Shown here piece by piece: positions 12,601 to 47,096 of a stretch of 64,000 nucleotides of DNA; position 1 is the stretch's first letter; every line of letters starts with the position of its first letter. The notes under the pieces were generated by a model that ran no database searches, was not told the origin of the DNA, and was given only the letters and a program-made list of their open reading frames with translations. The stretch comes from Macrostomum lignano (taxonomy: Eukaryota), in assembly GCA_002269645.1 (NCBI GenBank), contig NIVC01001259.1:62001-126000 (forward strand), given 5' to 3'. The translations under genes were made by a program, and so were the position numbers.

Positions 12601-12959
12601 AGAAAAGCTCCAATTCAAGGGAAAACATCCGACTGTTCTTAGGTAAAAAACCCCAAAAACGCCAGCTGGAAAATCTCTACAGATAAGTTATCCAACATCC
12701 TCCCTTCTGGTGAAGAAAGCCAGACAGTTCACTCCGGTTTCCCCTCGTCTCGATTTTGGCTCTCCGTCCTTCTCTCCCCTGAGCCCGGGTAAAGTTGGTG
12801 CACTCTTGCAGCAGCTGCCTAAGTAGCCACCAGTTATAGTTAGCTGCTTACATGTAACTTTGAGCACTGCGGATATTTAGCATACGGATACTGCAGAACG
12901 CAGATACACGCTCACATAGGGTGTACAGCGGTCCTGACTTTCTGATCATCAGGCATGCG

Positions 12960-13082
12960 GGAGGCTGGTCCAGTTTGAGGATCTGGGAGAGGCTGGCCCC
13001 AGCAACTGAGGATCTGGGAGGCTGGCCAGAAACTGAGGATCTGGGAGGCTGGCCTAGCAGCTGAGGATCTGAGAGGCTGGCC
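12960..13082. repeat. Short array of CTGAGGATCTGGGAGGCTGGCC units
   Basis: About 4 copies. Confidence 0.8.
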
Positions 13083-13117
13083 CAGCATTCGGATGACGTC
13101 ATAGAGACGTCACTCTC

Positions 13118-13350
13118 TTGTACACTCTCTGTGTACGCTGTCTGTGTACGCTCTCTGTGTACGCTCTCTGTGTACGCTCTCTGTGTACACTGTGTACGCT
13201 CTCTGTGTACACTGTGTACGCTCTCTGTGTACGCTCTCTGTGTACGCTCTCTGTGTACGCTCTCTGTGTACGCTCTCTGTGTACGCTCTCTGTGTACGCT
13301 CTCTGTGTAGGCTGTCTGTGTACGCTCTCTGTGTACGCTCTCTGTCTACT
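13118..13350. repeat. Minisatellite, 14-bp unit CTCTGTGTACGCTC-like
   Basis: Tandem copies. Confidence 0.92.
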
Positions 13351-13754
13351 CTCTCTGTACCTTGTGGGCGGTTTTGCCTTGAATGTAGCCTTGAACGAGG
13401 TATCGAATCCTTCTAAATGGGGAATCTGCTTAGCTAAATTGATGGGATTCCGATTCCAAATAAATAATTAATTAGCTGATATCAGATAATTTTGACCGCT
13501 TCCACGCGTAAGTCGAATATTATGGATAATTTTATATTTATCCTAAGTAAATATACAACAAAACATAAGTCAGTAATGTTTTATTACGAGGACTTCAGAC
13601 ATCTAATAATAATAAAACTTAGTTGCATTTTCATCAAAACATTTTATTTTAAAAAATTTCTGCTGCACTACTTTTAGTAGCGATGGTGCTTAGGTTAGTA
13701 GTCACTTAAATTTATCCTCGCTGCTTGAAATTCACAGTACTATTCGATGAAAGC

Positions 13755-14990
13755 AGAGTTTGTGTGAAGCTTTGGGTTTGTGTGAAGCTTTGGCTTTGTG
13801 TGAAGCTTAGGGTTTGTGTGAAGCTTTGAGTTTGTGTGAAGCTTTGGCTTTGTGTGAAGCTTCTAGGGTTTGCGTGAAGCTTCTAGGGTTTGCGTGAAGC
13901 TTCTAGGGTTTGCGTGAAGCTTCTAGGGTTTGTGTGAAGCTTTTAGGGTTTGTATGAAGCTTTGGCTTTGTGTGAAGCTTCTAGAATTTGTGTGAAGCTT
14001 CTAGGGATTGTGAGAAGCTTCTAGGGTTTGCGTGAAGCTTCTATGGGTTGTGTGAAGCTTCTAGGGTTTTTGTGAAGCTTCTAGGGTTTTTGTAAAGCTT
14101 TGGTTTTGTGTGAAGCTTCTAGGGTTTGCGTGAAGCTTCTAGGGTTTGTGTGAAGCTTTGGTTTTGTGTGAAGCTTCTAGGGTTTGTGTGAAGCTTTGGG
14201 TTTGTGAGAAGCTTCTAGGGTTTGTGTGAAGCTTTGGCTTTGTGTGAATCTTCTAGGATTTGTGTGAAGCTTCTAGGGGTTGTGTGAAGCTTCTAGGGTT
14301 TGCGTGAAGCTTCTAGGGGTTGTGTAAAGCTTCTAGGGTTTTTGTGAAGCTTTGGTTTTGTGTGTAGCTTCTAGGGTTTGTGCGAAGCTTCTAGGGTTTT
14401 TGTAAAGCTTTGGTTTTGTGTGAAGCTTCTAGGGTTTGCGTGAAGCTTCTAGGGTTTGTGTGAATATTCTAGGGTTTGCGTGAATCTTCTAGGGTCTGTG
14501 TGAAGCTTCTAGGGTTTTTGTGAAGCTTTGGTTTTGTGTGAAGCTTCTAGGGTTTGTGTGAAGCTTCTAGGGTTTGCGTGAAGCTTCTAGGGTTTGTGTG
14601 AAGCTTCTAGGGTTTTTGTGAAGCTTTGGTTTTGTGTGAAGCTTCTAGGGTTTGTGTGAAGCTTCTAGGGTTTTTGTGAAGCTTTGGTTTTGTGTGAAGC
14701 TTCTAGGGTTTGTGTGAAGCTTCTAGGGTTTGCGTGAAGCTTCTAGGGTTTGTGTGTAGCTTCTAGGGTTTTTGTGAAGCTTTGGTTTTGTGTGAAGCTT
14801 TTAGAGTTTGTGTGAAGCTTTTAGGGTTTGTGCGAAGCTTCTAGGATCTGTGTGAAGCTTCTAGGGTTTGTGTGAAGCTTAGGGTTTGTGTGAAGCTTAG
14901 GGTTTGTGTGAAGCTTCTAGGGTTTGCGTGAAGCTTCTAGGGTTTGTGTGAAGCTTTTAGAGTTTGTGTTCCACTATGGGGTTTGTGTGA
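13755..14990. repeat. Minisatellite, ~19-21-bp unit GTGTGAAGCTTCTAGGGTTT
   Basis: Tandem copies with a HindIII site in most units. Confidence 0.95.
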
Positions 14991-15828
14991 ATAGGGGTCC
15001 CACTTTCAACTGCAGCACTGAGATTCAGCAATTCTCCAGAAAGCATTATTGCTGGCAGGTTCTTAAAGCGTGAATAAGTCAGAAGTTTGCCATGCTCCCC
15101 AGCTCATTCAACTCTTGAAAGCATCCCTTCCCGCCAGACCCTCCCGTATCCCTGCGTGTTTGTACCGTCTACTGAGCTGCATTGTACCTTGCTCAACCTC
15201 ATCTGCGCATCAGATCGTAAAATGCGCAGGATCTTTGCCCACACCTCTTCCTATTCCTTCTCGACTTCTCCCAGAGACCGGCTGTAGCTTCGCCCCCCCC
15301 CCCTTCCCGGGTCTCTGGGGGATAATGGCAGGGCGCTGGGGAAGTGAGAGCTAACAGAGGAAGCGGCCCCGCTGCAGGACTGACACACACACAATGTCCC
15401 TCAGCGCCACAAAGGCCGGCGCTTCTGAGCTGTATGAAGCTGAGCCTGCATGGTCGCTCAGGCGTGGCGAATGAGTTTTTTCCTTACACGCGGATTTGGC
15501 CTGATGTCGTATAATTTAAAATAGCTTGCCCTGCCTCCTCGTCCCTGTGTATTTTTTTCTTCATTTTTTGTAATTTTCTCTTATTGAGTGCTGTCGGGAG
15601 ACCCTGAGTGCCGCGTGGCTGGTTGTTTAGAACTCAAGTAGCTAAATGAAGTCTCGGCTCAGTACCTGAATTGAAAGGAAGCTCAGTCTGACTCTTGATT
15701 CGTTTCCTTCTGGGTGTAGTTTTCTCGGATTGAAGAAAAGGAAATGTTGTCCCGCAATAATCATCTTTCACTGTGAAGATGAGGGAACTGATGTCAAAGG
15801 CTTTGGGAGTTGAATAATTAGGGGCTGC

Positions 15829-16179
<351 letters not shown>

Positions 16180-17694
16180 CTCTATTTATTTTTAAAAAGG
16201 CCTCCCAGGTTCCGGCCAGACAGACCAAAAACTGCCAGTCTACTGAAGAAGTCGGGAAGGTCACATCAGGGGCAGACAGATATGGATTGGAAAGTCAAGC
16301 AGAGGCCAAAGAGAGCTGGGAGGGATTTCGGACCCGCCCTCAGAAGGCAGAGAGAAAAAGCAATTTCGGCACTCCAACTTGGCGCTCCTGCCCCACTTCT
16401 TTTGCATTATCCCTCAGCCCCACAGGAGCCGCACCGAGGCCCCCATGGGAAAGAAATCAGTGGAAAAAGGAGACGGCAAAGGCACGAGAGAGGAGATGAA
16501 GCGGGAGGCTGGTCAAAAGGGCCTAGGGAGGGGGGGTGGCTCTGTCAATCAGCGGGCAGAGAGAGGGAGAGATGCGGAGCAGAGGCTGGGTGCTGCTGCT
16601 TTGCGTCAACACTTACTATAGCGGCATATAGTGTCGGGCGGCAGTCTCTCTCCGCCATCTCCCCTATATCTGCCTTCCCCTGGTCCTAGGCTGATTTTGC
16701 CCTGGAATTCGTTAGACAAAACGAAGGACTAAGGGGATATATGTGGGATAGCGATAGAAAGTCCAAGCCAGCCAGTGAATGGGCAGCTGATGGGCAGAAG
16801 ATGAAGGGGCGCAGATTTCTGACTGAGAAAAAAACTGCCTGCCGATGGCAGCCGGCCATCAGTGCGGCACTCGGGAATGAGTAGAATATGGAGAGCCTGG
16901 GCAGTCTGCCGGGCAGTAACTCCGCATCAAACGAGCGCAGCTCTTGCTCATTTTCTATTTCTATCGTTCGGAGCACAAGCGGGGCGGAGATGAGCTCCGA
17001 TATAAGGACCCGGGCTATACGGGGGCCCTGTGAGCAGCGGATAATCCCCCGGATTAAGACAGAGAAAAGCAGAAGCAGAGGGGGGGAGCATCCAAAACCC
17101 TGAAGAAGTTTGTCACTGCGCGCTTCCATCATAATTCTGCCATGCATGCTTCGTTTTCATTGCATACTTTCTGCTCAGCAAGCTTCTTCTCATCCACCCA
17201 AAGGACCGAGAGGCTTCGATGACGTCACGCATTGAGCTCGTCGAAAGTGAAGCCACCTGCTAATGAGGGGGTCTCACACCAAGTCGGATGGAGACACAGA
17301 GTGAGATCTCACAGTTTGCGAAAGAGGCTGCTGATTAGAGATTTGAGGCACGAAGACCGGCCGAGGGGCCTTTGTCTGCTTTCTCCATCTCCTGCGTCCC
17401 GCCTCTGAACGGCTCCGTGTCTTAGCAAAACTCGCCTGTCTAATTATTTTCAACTCGAAGCTGCAAAGAGCTGTGGCTCCTTTGAAAGCGACTAAGTCGC
17501 GTCCAAAGCATCTTGTTAGCCATGGCAGGCAGAAGATTATTAGTGAGCTAGCCTGCTTCTCTGGTGCCGCCAAGGCAGGCATTTCAAGACAGACAGGAAA
17601 ATTTCTAAGATTATAAACAAATAAGTGACATTGCTTGACATTTGAAACAAATATTTGAGAGGCGGGTGACAAGGGACATACGCACATTAACTGA

Positions 17695-18718
17695 GATCAG
17701 TGACAGCAGGCAGACACACACAGAGGTCAGTGACAGAGGGCAGACACACACAGAGGTCAGTGACAGAGGGCAGACACACACAGAGGTCAGTGACAGAGGG
17801 CCAGACACACAAAGACGTCACTGACAGGGGGCAGACACACACAGAGACCAGTGACAGCAGGCAGACACACAAAGAGGTCAGTGACAGGAAGGAGACACAC
17901 GCAGAGGTCAGTGACAGCAGGCAGACACACACACAGAGGTCAGTGACAGCAGGCAGACACACGCAGAGGTCAGTGACAAGGGGCAGACACACGCAGAGGC
18001 CAGTGACAGCAGGCAGACACACACACAGAGGTTAGTGACAGCAGGCAGACACACGCAGAGGCCAGTGACAGCAGGCAGACACACAAAGAGGTCAGTGACA
18101 GGAAGGAGACACACGCAGAGGTCAGTGACAGCAGGCAGACACACACACAGAGATCAGTGACAGCAGGCAGACACACGCAGAGGTCAGTGACAGGGGGCAG
18201 ACACACGCAGAGGCCAGTGACAGCAGGCAGACACACACACAGAGGTCAGTGACAGCAGGCAGACACACGCAAAGGCCAGTGACAGCAGGCAGACACACAG
18301 ACAGAGGCCAGTGACAGCAGGCAGACACACACACAGAGGTCAGTGACAGCAGGCAGACACACGCAGAGGCCAGTGACAGCAGGCAGACACACGCAGAGGC
18401 CAGTGACAGCAGGCAGACACACACACAGAGGCCAGTGACAGCAGGCAGACACACAAAGAGGTCAGTGACAGGAAGGAGACACACGCAGAGGTCAGTGACA
18501 GCAGGCAGACACACACACAGAGATCAGTGACAGCAGGCAGACACACGCAGAGGTCAGTGACAGCAGGCAGACACACGCAGAGGCCAGTGACAGCAGGCAG
18601 ACACACACACAGAGGCCAGTGACAGCAGGCAGACACACACACAGAGGTCAGTGACAGCAGGCAGACACACACAGAGGTCAGTGACAGTGGGCAGACACAC
18701 GCAAAGGCCAGTGACAAA
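17695..18718. repeat. Minisatellite, ~30-bp unit CAGAGGTCAGTGACAGCAGGCAGACACAC
   Basis: Tandem copies with a variable CA run. Confidence 0.95.
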
Positions 18719-19256
18719 AAATAGTTTTGCCACAAACCCAGGCTTACGCGCAGGCAATAAGTAGAATTAATCTCTGTATGCTTTTTAAACTGGGGAAATT
18801 AATTGGGCAAAAACTCGACCTTGTCAGCCGCCACCCCGTGTCCCAAAACGTGCCGTTTTATCGCCAGATTTTTCGCAAGTCCAGCCCGCACTGTTTTTGC
18901 CCTTCACACGCGCCGGCCCCGCCGGCTGCGCATTCCTCTACCGCAGTTGAATCTTCGCTTCTATCCTCGTCTTCCCAAAGCCCCGGTTACGGACTGCACT
19001 TCAAACTGGTTGGGGAGCCGCTATACCCCACAGCCAGCTTTTGCTTGCGACAACTGCGATGCTTCTTCTGCTTGCAAAAGAAAATCTGACAGCGCAAACC
19101 GTGTCGCTGTCTGAAACCAAAAACAAAAAGCTTATCGGCATAATAAGGCTTAAGCGAGTGCTGTCAATACTGCTAATTTTGTTCCCTGGGTAGCTTTTCA
19201 GTGACTCGGAAGTTATCGCTCTTGAAGAAGCCTGCTTCGAAAAGTTTTGTCAACTA

Positions 19257-19486
<230 letters not shown>

Positions 19487-22413
19487 TCAAGAGGAGACAC
19501 GCGCTGCTCAGCAAAGCCTGTGGGGAGGCCGTTAATCGCCCAGGCTCATTTCCCAGGGATTTCAAATTAGTTCTCCGTCTCTCCCTCCGGCGTTCTCTCT
19601 GCCAGTCTCTAGATGGCGGATTTGTCGAGGATTTGTCGAGAGGGACTCTAAGGAGCCGCGGCTCGTGGGCCCTCGAACCCAGGGGATTCGGAGCTTTGGC
19701 CGGGAATCCGCATTCGCCGGGGCATAAACAGCACTCGGTTTCGATGACAAGCCGCCAGTCCCGCCCAGTCCCCCATCTGTCTCTCCGGTCTGTGCTGTTG
19801 GGGAGCTCCTCTTGACTTCCCAATTCCCTCCGATTTCAGTGCCGAAGCAGGGGGGTGCATTGTGACTGCTGGTAAACTCGGACGGTCAGTTCCCCCGCCG
19901 CAGTTGTTCCTGCTGCTGCTGCTGCTGCTGCTGTTAGTGTCGCTAAAAGTTTTGAATTCCAAGGCAGGCAGCAAGCAAGCAAAAGGCCGTGCAAACAGCA
20001 GTTGCCGTCCGCAGCCCTAGCTGTTTGCCGTCCTTTTTATTCCATCCAACAAAAATAGACGCAACAAAAAAATTTGCGACGGTCTTCTTCTATGGCTGTG
20101 CGGCACTCGCACTGGGCTGGATCCTTCCAAAACTCAACACCCGGGGAAGCTATTGCAAGAATACTGTTTTAGCCGAAAAGTGGCTATTTGTTTTAAAGCG
20201 ATACATCTAAACAGATTTTTCCTTGTCTGAAGATTTTCATGAAGTGTTTGAAATTTTAACACCTTGATACCAAGCCCTTCACGACTTCAGCAAGTCAGTT
20301 GGCCAAAGAATTTCGCTATCGATCGAGAGCTTCCTCATATGAACGGTGGCTGCAGTGGTGAAGTCAGACTCAATCCAGTTAGCTTGAGTGTGAGTGTGTG
20401 TATTTAGCCAGTTCAATAATAGCATCACAATCGATGCGCAGCTCAAGTACGCGGCTTATGTAGCAAAACTGTATTTTGTGTTTTTTTTGTTTCAGAAATC
20501 GCGCCAAGTGTTAAAAAGAGGAAATGAAAACAAAAATTCCAACAAACAGCAGAGCAGTGAAGCTGGCGGGTTGGGGGTCGAGCAGTTGATGATGATGATG
20601 GCCAGTTTTGTTAAGCTCAGATTGGACCGTGTCGCAGGGTCGAGCCGCATTCAAGCCCGAGTTGTGTAAATAAATATTCGCAACGAACCGTGTAAAACAA
20701 AACAGAAGAGCATCAGCAAAATTTAGAGGCAAAATCAAATTTGCAGTTCGCAAAAACAGACAATGGGTAAGAGAGAGAGAGGGGAGCTTGCGCTAGGGGT
20801 GGGCAGACAGGTTCATGATTCTGAAGTTTTTGAGCAGATTCGCTTTGCCTTATGTTTAGTAATTGTTCAACATTCTGACAAGGTGCGATAGAGACCATTG
20901 CTTGAGGTCCAATAATAACATAAATAGGTATTTTAATCATAATTAGCATAATTAGTTAAACGAAAGCGACTGTGCTGCAGCCAGTGCAATAAAAATGCAG
21001 AGTACATAATCTGGTAATTAATAAAACAAATTCTGCAAACAAGAAGTGCTTAGGAAGATAATTTTCATTAGAATATGTTCGCTGCACAGATATTGCTTGA
21101 AAAAAAAACTCAAAAATGAGGATGGAGGGATGGAGAAGCTCGGGGAAGGCTTACTGTGTAGCAATGAGTCACTGATCTGTGTGGCTTGAGCTGCTTGATG
21201 GTTGATACGCGAGTAGCTGCTCGCTCTGCAAACCCTACAGTTTTGTCAGTAGCCCTGTAATCAGTGCTGCAGGTACAGCTGCTGCTACCGAAGCCTTGCT
21301 CATGAGCCAGTGTAGCCACTGTTTCAAGAATTGAGCACAGTGCTTGGGTTTCAGCGAGATGAAGGTTTGGGGGGGGGGGGTGAGTCGGGTGGCCGGCAGA
21401 TCAGGGATTAGTCCTTGATCTTCCCCAGACTAGTCGCCACCCGCCCCAGGCCAGAGAAAGCAGGACGCTTCTGCATATGGCGCTTGAGGCTTAGGGATCA
21501 CGCAACAGCGAGCAAATCTTTTTTTTGAGCACACTTGAGCTGGGGGCAGTGCGCGTGAGAATCCGCCGGTTTAAGGATAGGAGAGACAGAAGACAGCAAA
21601 GTTCGGGGGAACAGCTGCAGAAACGGGGGGGGGGGTTCAAACGCGGCTAGAGCTGTGGGCGAGTTCGCTTTCTGTGTAATCAAAACTGCAAGTGTCTCAC
21701 GATTATTGATGCCTAGCGTGCTCAGCGTGCTCAATGAAAAATTAGCACAGATATAAAGACACAAAAATGATTAGTAAACAGTAATAATATTAATAATAAT
21801 CGAATAGCAGTAATCATTAGAACGGAACACTGACAAACATCACGCGTATTAATAGAAATTTCGATGCAAAACACTCGATAGCATGAGCAAAATATCAGGT
21901 GCAAAGCCTGGGGCACTGTTTAACACACAAAAGCCTTCGGTATTGGGGCAAAGCGCGGTAGGAGAGTCAGTAGGATTATCAATTTGAAAATAGGGAGATA
22001 ATCGCATAAAAATAGTGGCTTGAAGTGCGGGGGCGGGACAAAGGGGAAGGGAAATAAAAGGTTGAATGGCGCGTATGTACAGGCGACGACGTCACACGCT
22101 GTGGAACAAGCACTAACACGCGGGCACACTGGCGCGCCGAAACTCCGCGGTCAAATAAAACTTTTGTAATAAAATTTAACGTAGACATTATGAATATATA
22201 TAATATAAAAGTAAAGTTTTTTAATAACTCAGAAATTGCAACTTTCCAGGCTTTCTCTGAATTTGTTTTGTGATTTTTTTTCTTCCGAGTGGTTGAACTG
22301 GGCCGCCCTGCCTGTTACAGTCTGCGGATTTCAATGCAAAGGGAATCAGTTCATTGCGCTCAAGTTCGCCCTTCTCCGCATCGAATGTCTGACGCGTCAT
22401 GTCTCGTCACTCT

Positions 22414-22925
22414 TTCCAGACAGCCACCTCACTCCTCCAGACAGCCACCTTACTCCTTCTCCAGACAGCCACCTCACTCCTCCAAACAGCCACCTCACTC
22501 CTTCTCCAGACAGCCACCTTACTCCTCCAGACAGCCACCTTACTCCTCCAGACAGCCACCTCCCTCCTTCTCCAAACAGCCACCTCACTCCTTCTCCAGA
22601 CAGCCACCTCACTCCTCCAAACAGCCACCTCACTCCTTCTCCAGACAGCCACCTTACTCCTCCAGACAGCCACCTCACTCCTTCTCCAGACAGCCACCTC
22701 ACTCCTTCTCCAAACAGCCACCTCACTCCTTCTCCAGACAGCCACCTCACTCCTCCAAACAGCCACCTCACTCCTTCTCCAGACAGCCACCTTACTCCTC
22801 CAGACAGCCACCTCACTCCTTCTCCAGACAGCCACCTCCCTCCTTCTCCAGACAGCCACCTCACTCCTTCTCCAGACAGCCACCTCACTCCTTCTCCAGA
22901 CAGCCACCTCACTCCCTTTCCAGAC
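22414..22925. repeat. Minisatellite, 21/24-bp unit CAGACAGCCACCTCACTCCT(TCT)C
   Basis: Tandem copies. Confidence 0.95.
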
Positions 22926-23115
22926 ACGCACCCCATGACCTAGCCCCTGTCTTTCTAGGCAATAGGCACTAGCAGGCAATTGACTTACCAAAAAGCTGTT
23001 AATCGCAGAAAATCGTCGAAACGACGCCAGGAAACTCGGGTTTCGCATGTCAGTGGAAGCCATTTTGGTAGTGCGGAATAAGTGTACCCTGGGAATGAGA
23101 ACAAAATGGGCAGTT

Positions 23116-42941
<19,826 letters not shown>

Positions 42942-44976
42942 GATGAGCGAGTCGGCGATTGTAAATGCGAGGTGTAAAGGAAGTAATAAAGTCTAGAGTA
43001 AGTTAAAACTATTTGTCGAATCTTATAGAGGACCAAGGAAACTAATATTTTCTATCGAGAAGTGGGGACGGAAGATCGGAATAACATGAAGAAATTGCAC
43101 GCACAGAAGCTCCTTACTGTCTTAAGACTAGCAGCAACTTTTCCGAATGACTGTGATTGGATAACAGCTGAGCAAATCACACACTTTAAAAAAATTAATA
43201 TATTGGCTTAGAGATTAGTTTAAAAAATAGAATGCATAGCATAATACTGATTTACCAGCACTAATTACTTTCCTGCATTTTAAGAAGTTTCATTTGTACA
43301 TATTTGTTAAAACACACTATTTTAAACGAACTTATTTTTCCAAAGAATCGAGTGCACTAGTTCAAGCCACGGATTCTCGAAACAAGCTGAAATTGAAATA
43401 AAGCAATTCAAAGTTGCAAAGATGGCTGATGGTATGATGCCACGGTTATTTATTTGAGTGTCTGTTTGCTACGTTAAATTTTTCGCGCATTTTTTGTTAG
43501 GCAGCTATGGCCGTCGACAATCCTATATTCTAACTAACTTTAAAAGTCAAAATACTGTAAAATACTAAAAGATTAGCTTTTAGTTTAGAATATTTTAAAC
43601 ATACCATCAGTGTTTTTACGCCATAGGTATGCCATAGAATTCTGCCTTTTAAATTGGGATCCTGTTTTTGGACCCCAGATACCAAATTATCAATTTTTGT
43701 GTTGTTGTGTTAGTTAGGCCTAGGCCTAGTGTTAACTGTTACTGTTAGGCACTGTTAGCCATGGCAATGGTAAACTTTTCAGTATTTTTCATCTGTTTCT
43801 AAAATTTCTTACCTGGGAGTGAATGCCCTGAAAAATGAAAGGATAGAAAAATTAAACTTTAAATTTGTGTTTGTAATTAACATGTAATAACATGTAAAAT
43901 CCATCATTTATGCTAGGCCTATTTTGCCTAATTTATTGAAATAGAAAACCAGATAATTGCAATAGCATTGGCATTGGTATTAGAATTTGGATTTGGCATT
44001 AAGATTGTAGACCTTAGAATAGCCAAATGCCTAGCCATTGGCATCCAAGTTTTAACAAACAACTTAGTGCTAATAATAATATATCTAATTTTTAAACTAG
44101 GGGGGCCTATATTAAAGAATCATAAGCAATCCTTTAATAAAAGAATATTTTATTTTTTATTTTATTTTATTCTTTTTAGTCTTTTATTCAAGATAAGCAA
44201 TCTTTAAGCATACTTTTACTTTCTTAATCCCATATTTAATTATTATCTTTCAAAATTATAGTTCCTATTTAGTTAGAAAATGAATAATTTAATAGGTTTA
44301 AAAAATAATTGTTAATGCCAATGATAAGTTAGGCCTATAACAAATAAATGGTCAACTATTAACTAATGAACTAGTAAATAATAGGTAGTTTTATAGATAA
44401 AAACCAATTAAAAACAATGGTTAAATAAATACCAAGGTGAAATTCATCCCAAAAAAGTAACGAGTATTACATGAAAAAAAAATTAAATGCACATCTAATA
44501 TCAATGCATATATTGATATTAGAATTACCAGTATTACATTTAAATCCAACAATATATGCACTTTGCTTTTTTAGCAAAAAATCTATTATTCTAGGGCCTA
44601 TGCACCTTTCTTGTTCAAAATATTTTTGTTTTATGCACTAGATATATGAAGTATACCCTAAAACAATTATAAGTAAGCAACTAACCATGGTTTCAATAGT
44701 GTACTAAGATAGGCCTAATTAAATGTTTTTGAAAGCTTAATAATAATAATAACTAAAGATATTAACTAGTCAAGATAGGATAATGTCTTATTTCAGGGCC
44801 TAGGTAAGATAAGAATATAAGCCATACCACTAGCAGTGTTGGGTGCTAGCCTAGCAGTAGCCAAAAAGCAAGTTTGACAAAATGTTAAGTCTAAGCCTAT
44901 CCCTACTAGTAAGGTACTTACAATATTTTATTTCTAGTTGAGAGTTAAATATCTCTTACATTGGCTATAAGCAATA

Positions 44977-45763
44977 GGCTCATTCCATATAAGATGGACA
45001 TTTTTGGAAAATAGAAAAAAGTCAATATTTTTGCTTGCCATTGCCTTATCAGCCAATTTTTTTACCAAATGTTTTTTATGTGTAATATCTACAATCTAAG
45101 AATAAATGAATGATAAAATGTTAGATTAGTATGCTATCAAGTGGCAAAAAGTCATTTTTGTAAAAATTTAGACATTTTTCTAAGCAAAAGACATCATTAA
45201 GTTTGTGTACCTTTTAAAAACAAATAGAAAGCTTTGGAAGGTTGAAACAAACTATAGATAAAAGTATAGTACTTGCATCATCAGATAAAAGTATTGGTGA
45301 CCAAATAATCTATTATATTTTTAATATATTGGTACCTCAAAGTTACTGAATTGACAGAAAAAAATATGTTACAACCATAATGTTACGACCATAAGGCTGC
45401 CTTTTCTTTTGTATCTTTGTTGCCTTCTTGAGTTTATATATTCTACAAAAAGAGTATGATTACTAAAGATGTTCTTAGTCAAATTTTAAAAAATGTATTG
45501 CAAAATATCAAAAATAAAAATGTTATAAGACTTTTACCTTTTAGTTTCTATATGTCAAAAATCCTGTTGTTACGACCATAAGTGCCATTCAAGGTTTAAT
45601 AGCATCTATACTAATGATGATATCTACATGAAACTCTATAAAAATATTTTTGACAAAATTATCTTTCATTTAAAATATTGGTTTAGTATATTCTATTATT
45701 ATATTTCATTTTATAAGTAAAAATAGCCTGTCATGTTACAACCATGCTTATATGGAATGAGCC
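44977..45763. mobile_element. Non-autonomous DNA transposon (MITE), 787 bp
   Basis: Perfect 17-bp TIRs GGCTCATTCCATATAAG (44977-44993) and CTTATATGGAATGAGCC (45747-45763). AATA is repeated on both flanks (4-bp TSD). Internal TGTTAC(G/A)ACCAT repeats. Confidence 0.75.
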
Positions 45764-47096
45764 AATATGACTTAGCTCAAATAATATAGCCTACCAGATA
45801 GAGTTTCCAATGGTATAATAACTGCTGGGATCAAATAGGCTAATATAGCATTAGAATGCCACATAGGTAATTTGCTTGTAGCTAATGTTAAAGGTGGCAT
45901 ATAGCAAGCTATTGTGTATTATATCAACCTATTATTTAAGTAAATCTGTCAATGTCTAGAAAATAGCAGCCTTGATATTATTTAGCATATAGGGGACAAT
46001 AGTTTTCTACATACTGACCACTAGGCCAACACTGGTTGCAATACTCATTAGCCAGTCTAGCTAGTGCTAGGCACCCTTCTAGGATAGCAAGGCGAGATTG
46101 TTGGTATAACCAAGCATATTGAGCCACTTCTCTAGTTGGCATCAATCCACATGTTGCTATAGCAAGAAATTATTGTTGTTAGAAGAGAAAGTAGGCCTAG
46201 TCTATAGCACCTAGTTAAATGGGTATCTCTAAGAAATTTGATAGGCTATCCAGTGTATAAGAGCTTAATTTATAAGTTTTTTATATCTGCTTTACATTGG
46301 CTAACCATTGACTAAGACTACCTATCTAATTAATAATAAGACTTTGCACCTATTTAGATTATAAAATTTTAGAGAAAATGTGCAAAAGCAAAGGATTACT
46401 AACCTTTATAGCATTGCCATTTGTTTATCTAATTTATATATATATTAGGCCCAATCAAATTATATATATAATAAATAACATATTAGTTTTTATCAAAGTG
46501 ATGACAAACTATTGTCATTTTTTATAGGAAAAGCTTAATAAAATTGTAACATTCATAAGAAATTAAAATTAATGGCTTTTGTATTTTTAAAATTTAAACA
46601 AAAATGATAAGTTTTAATATAAATGTCATTGTAGAATGCAGAGCCAATTAAGAATTTTAAATTCTTAACTAACCTTTTATAAAAAAAGCTATTATGACAT
46701 ATCAACCTACTTTTTGCATTCTCAATTTAGACCCCAGATGCCAAATTGGTACCCTGTTTTTCCAAGCTATAACTCTTAAAATATTTATAAGGATTTTTTG
46801 TAAAGTATCAATGATTTTATAATTACTTGGTATTTTTATGATTTGAAGGTTTCTTTAACTTTTTAATATGTGAATAATCTGTAAACATAAAATCTATAGA
46901 CTTTGTATTTTGTAGTTTCTGTGGGTTAAAAAGGCTCAACAAAGTAAATGTAAGATAGAGATGTTAATATTTTATTTGATGTTAAACTTTTTTCACTGAT
47001 GCAAGCAAATGTCCTGAATTTGGTCATTGAAGGTCAAATAGCACTGCAATTCTAACACTTTTTCTAAACCCTTTTTCCTATGGACTATGTTTGATT

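Noticed and set aside
43300-47000. Mitochondrial insertion (NUMT) in the AT-rich block
   Set aside because: No recognisable mitochondrial protein, rRNA or tRNA motifs by eye.
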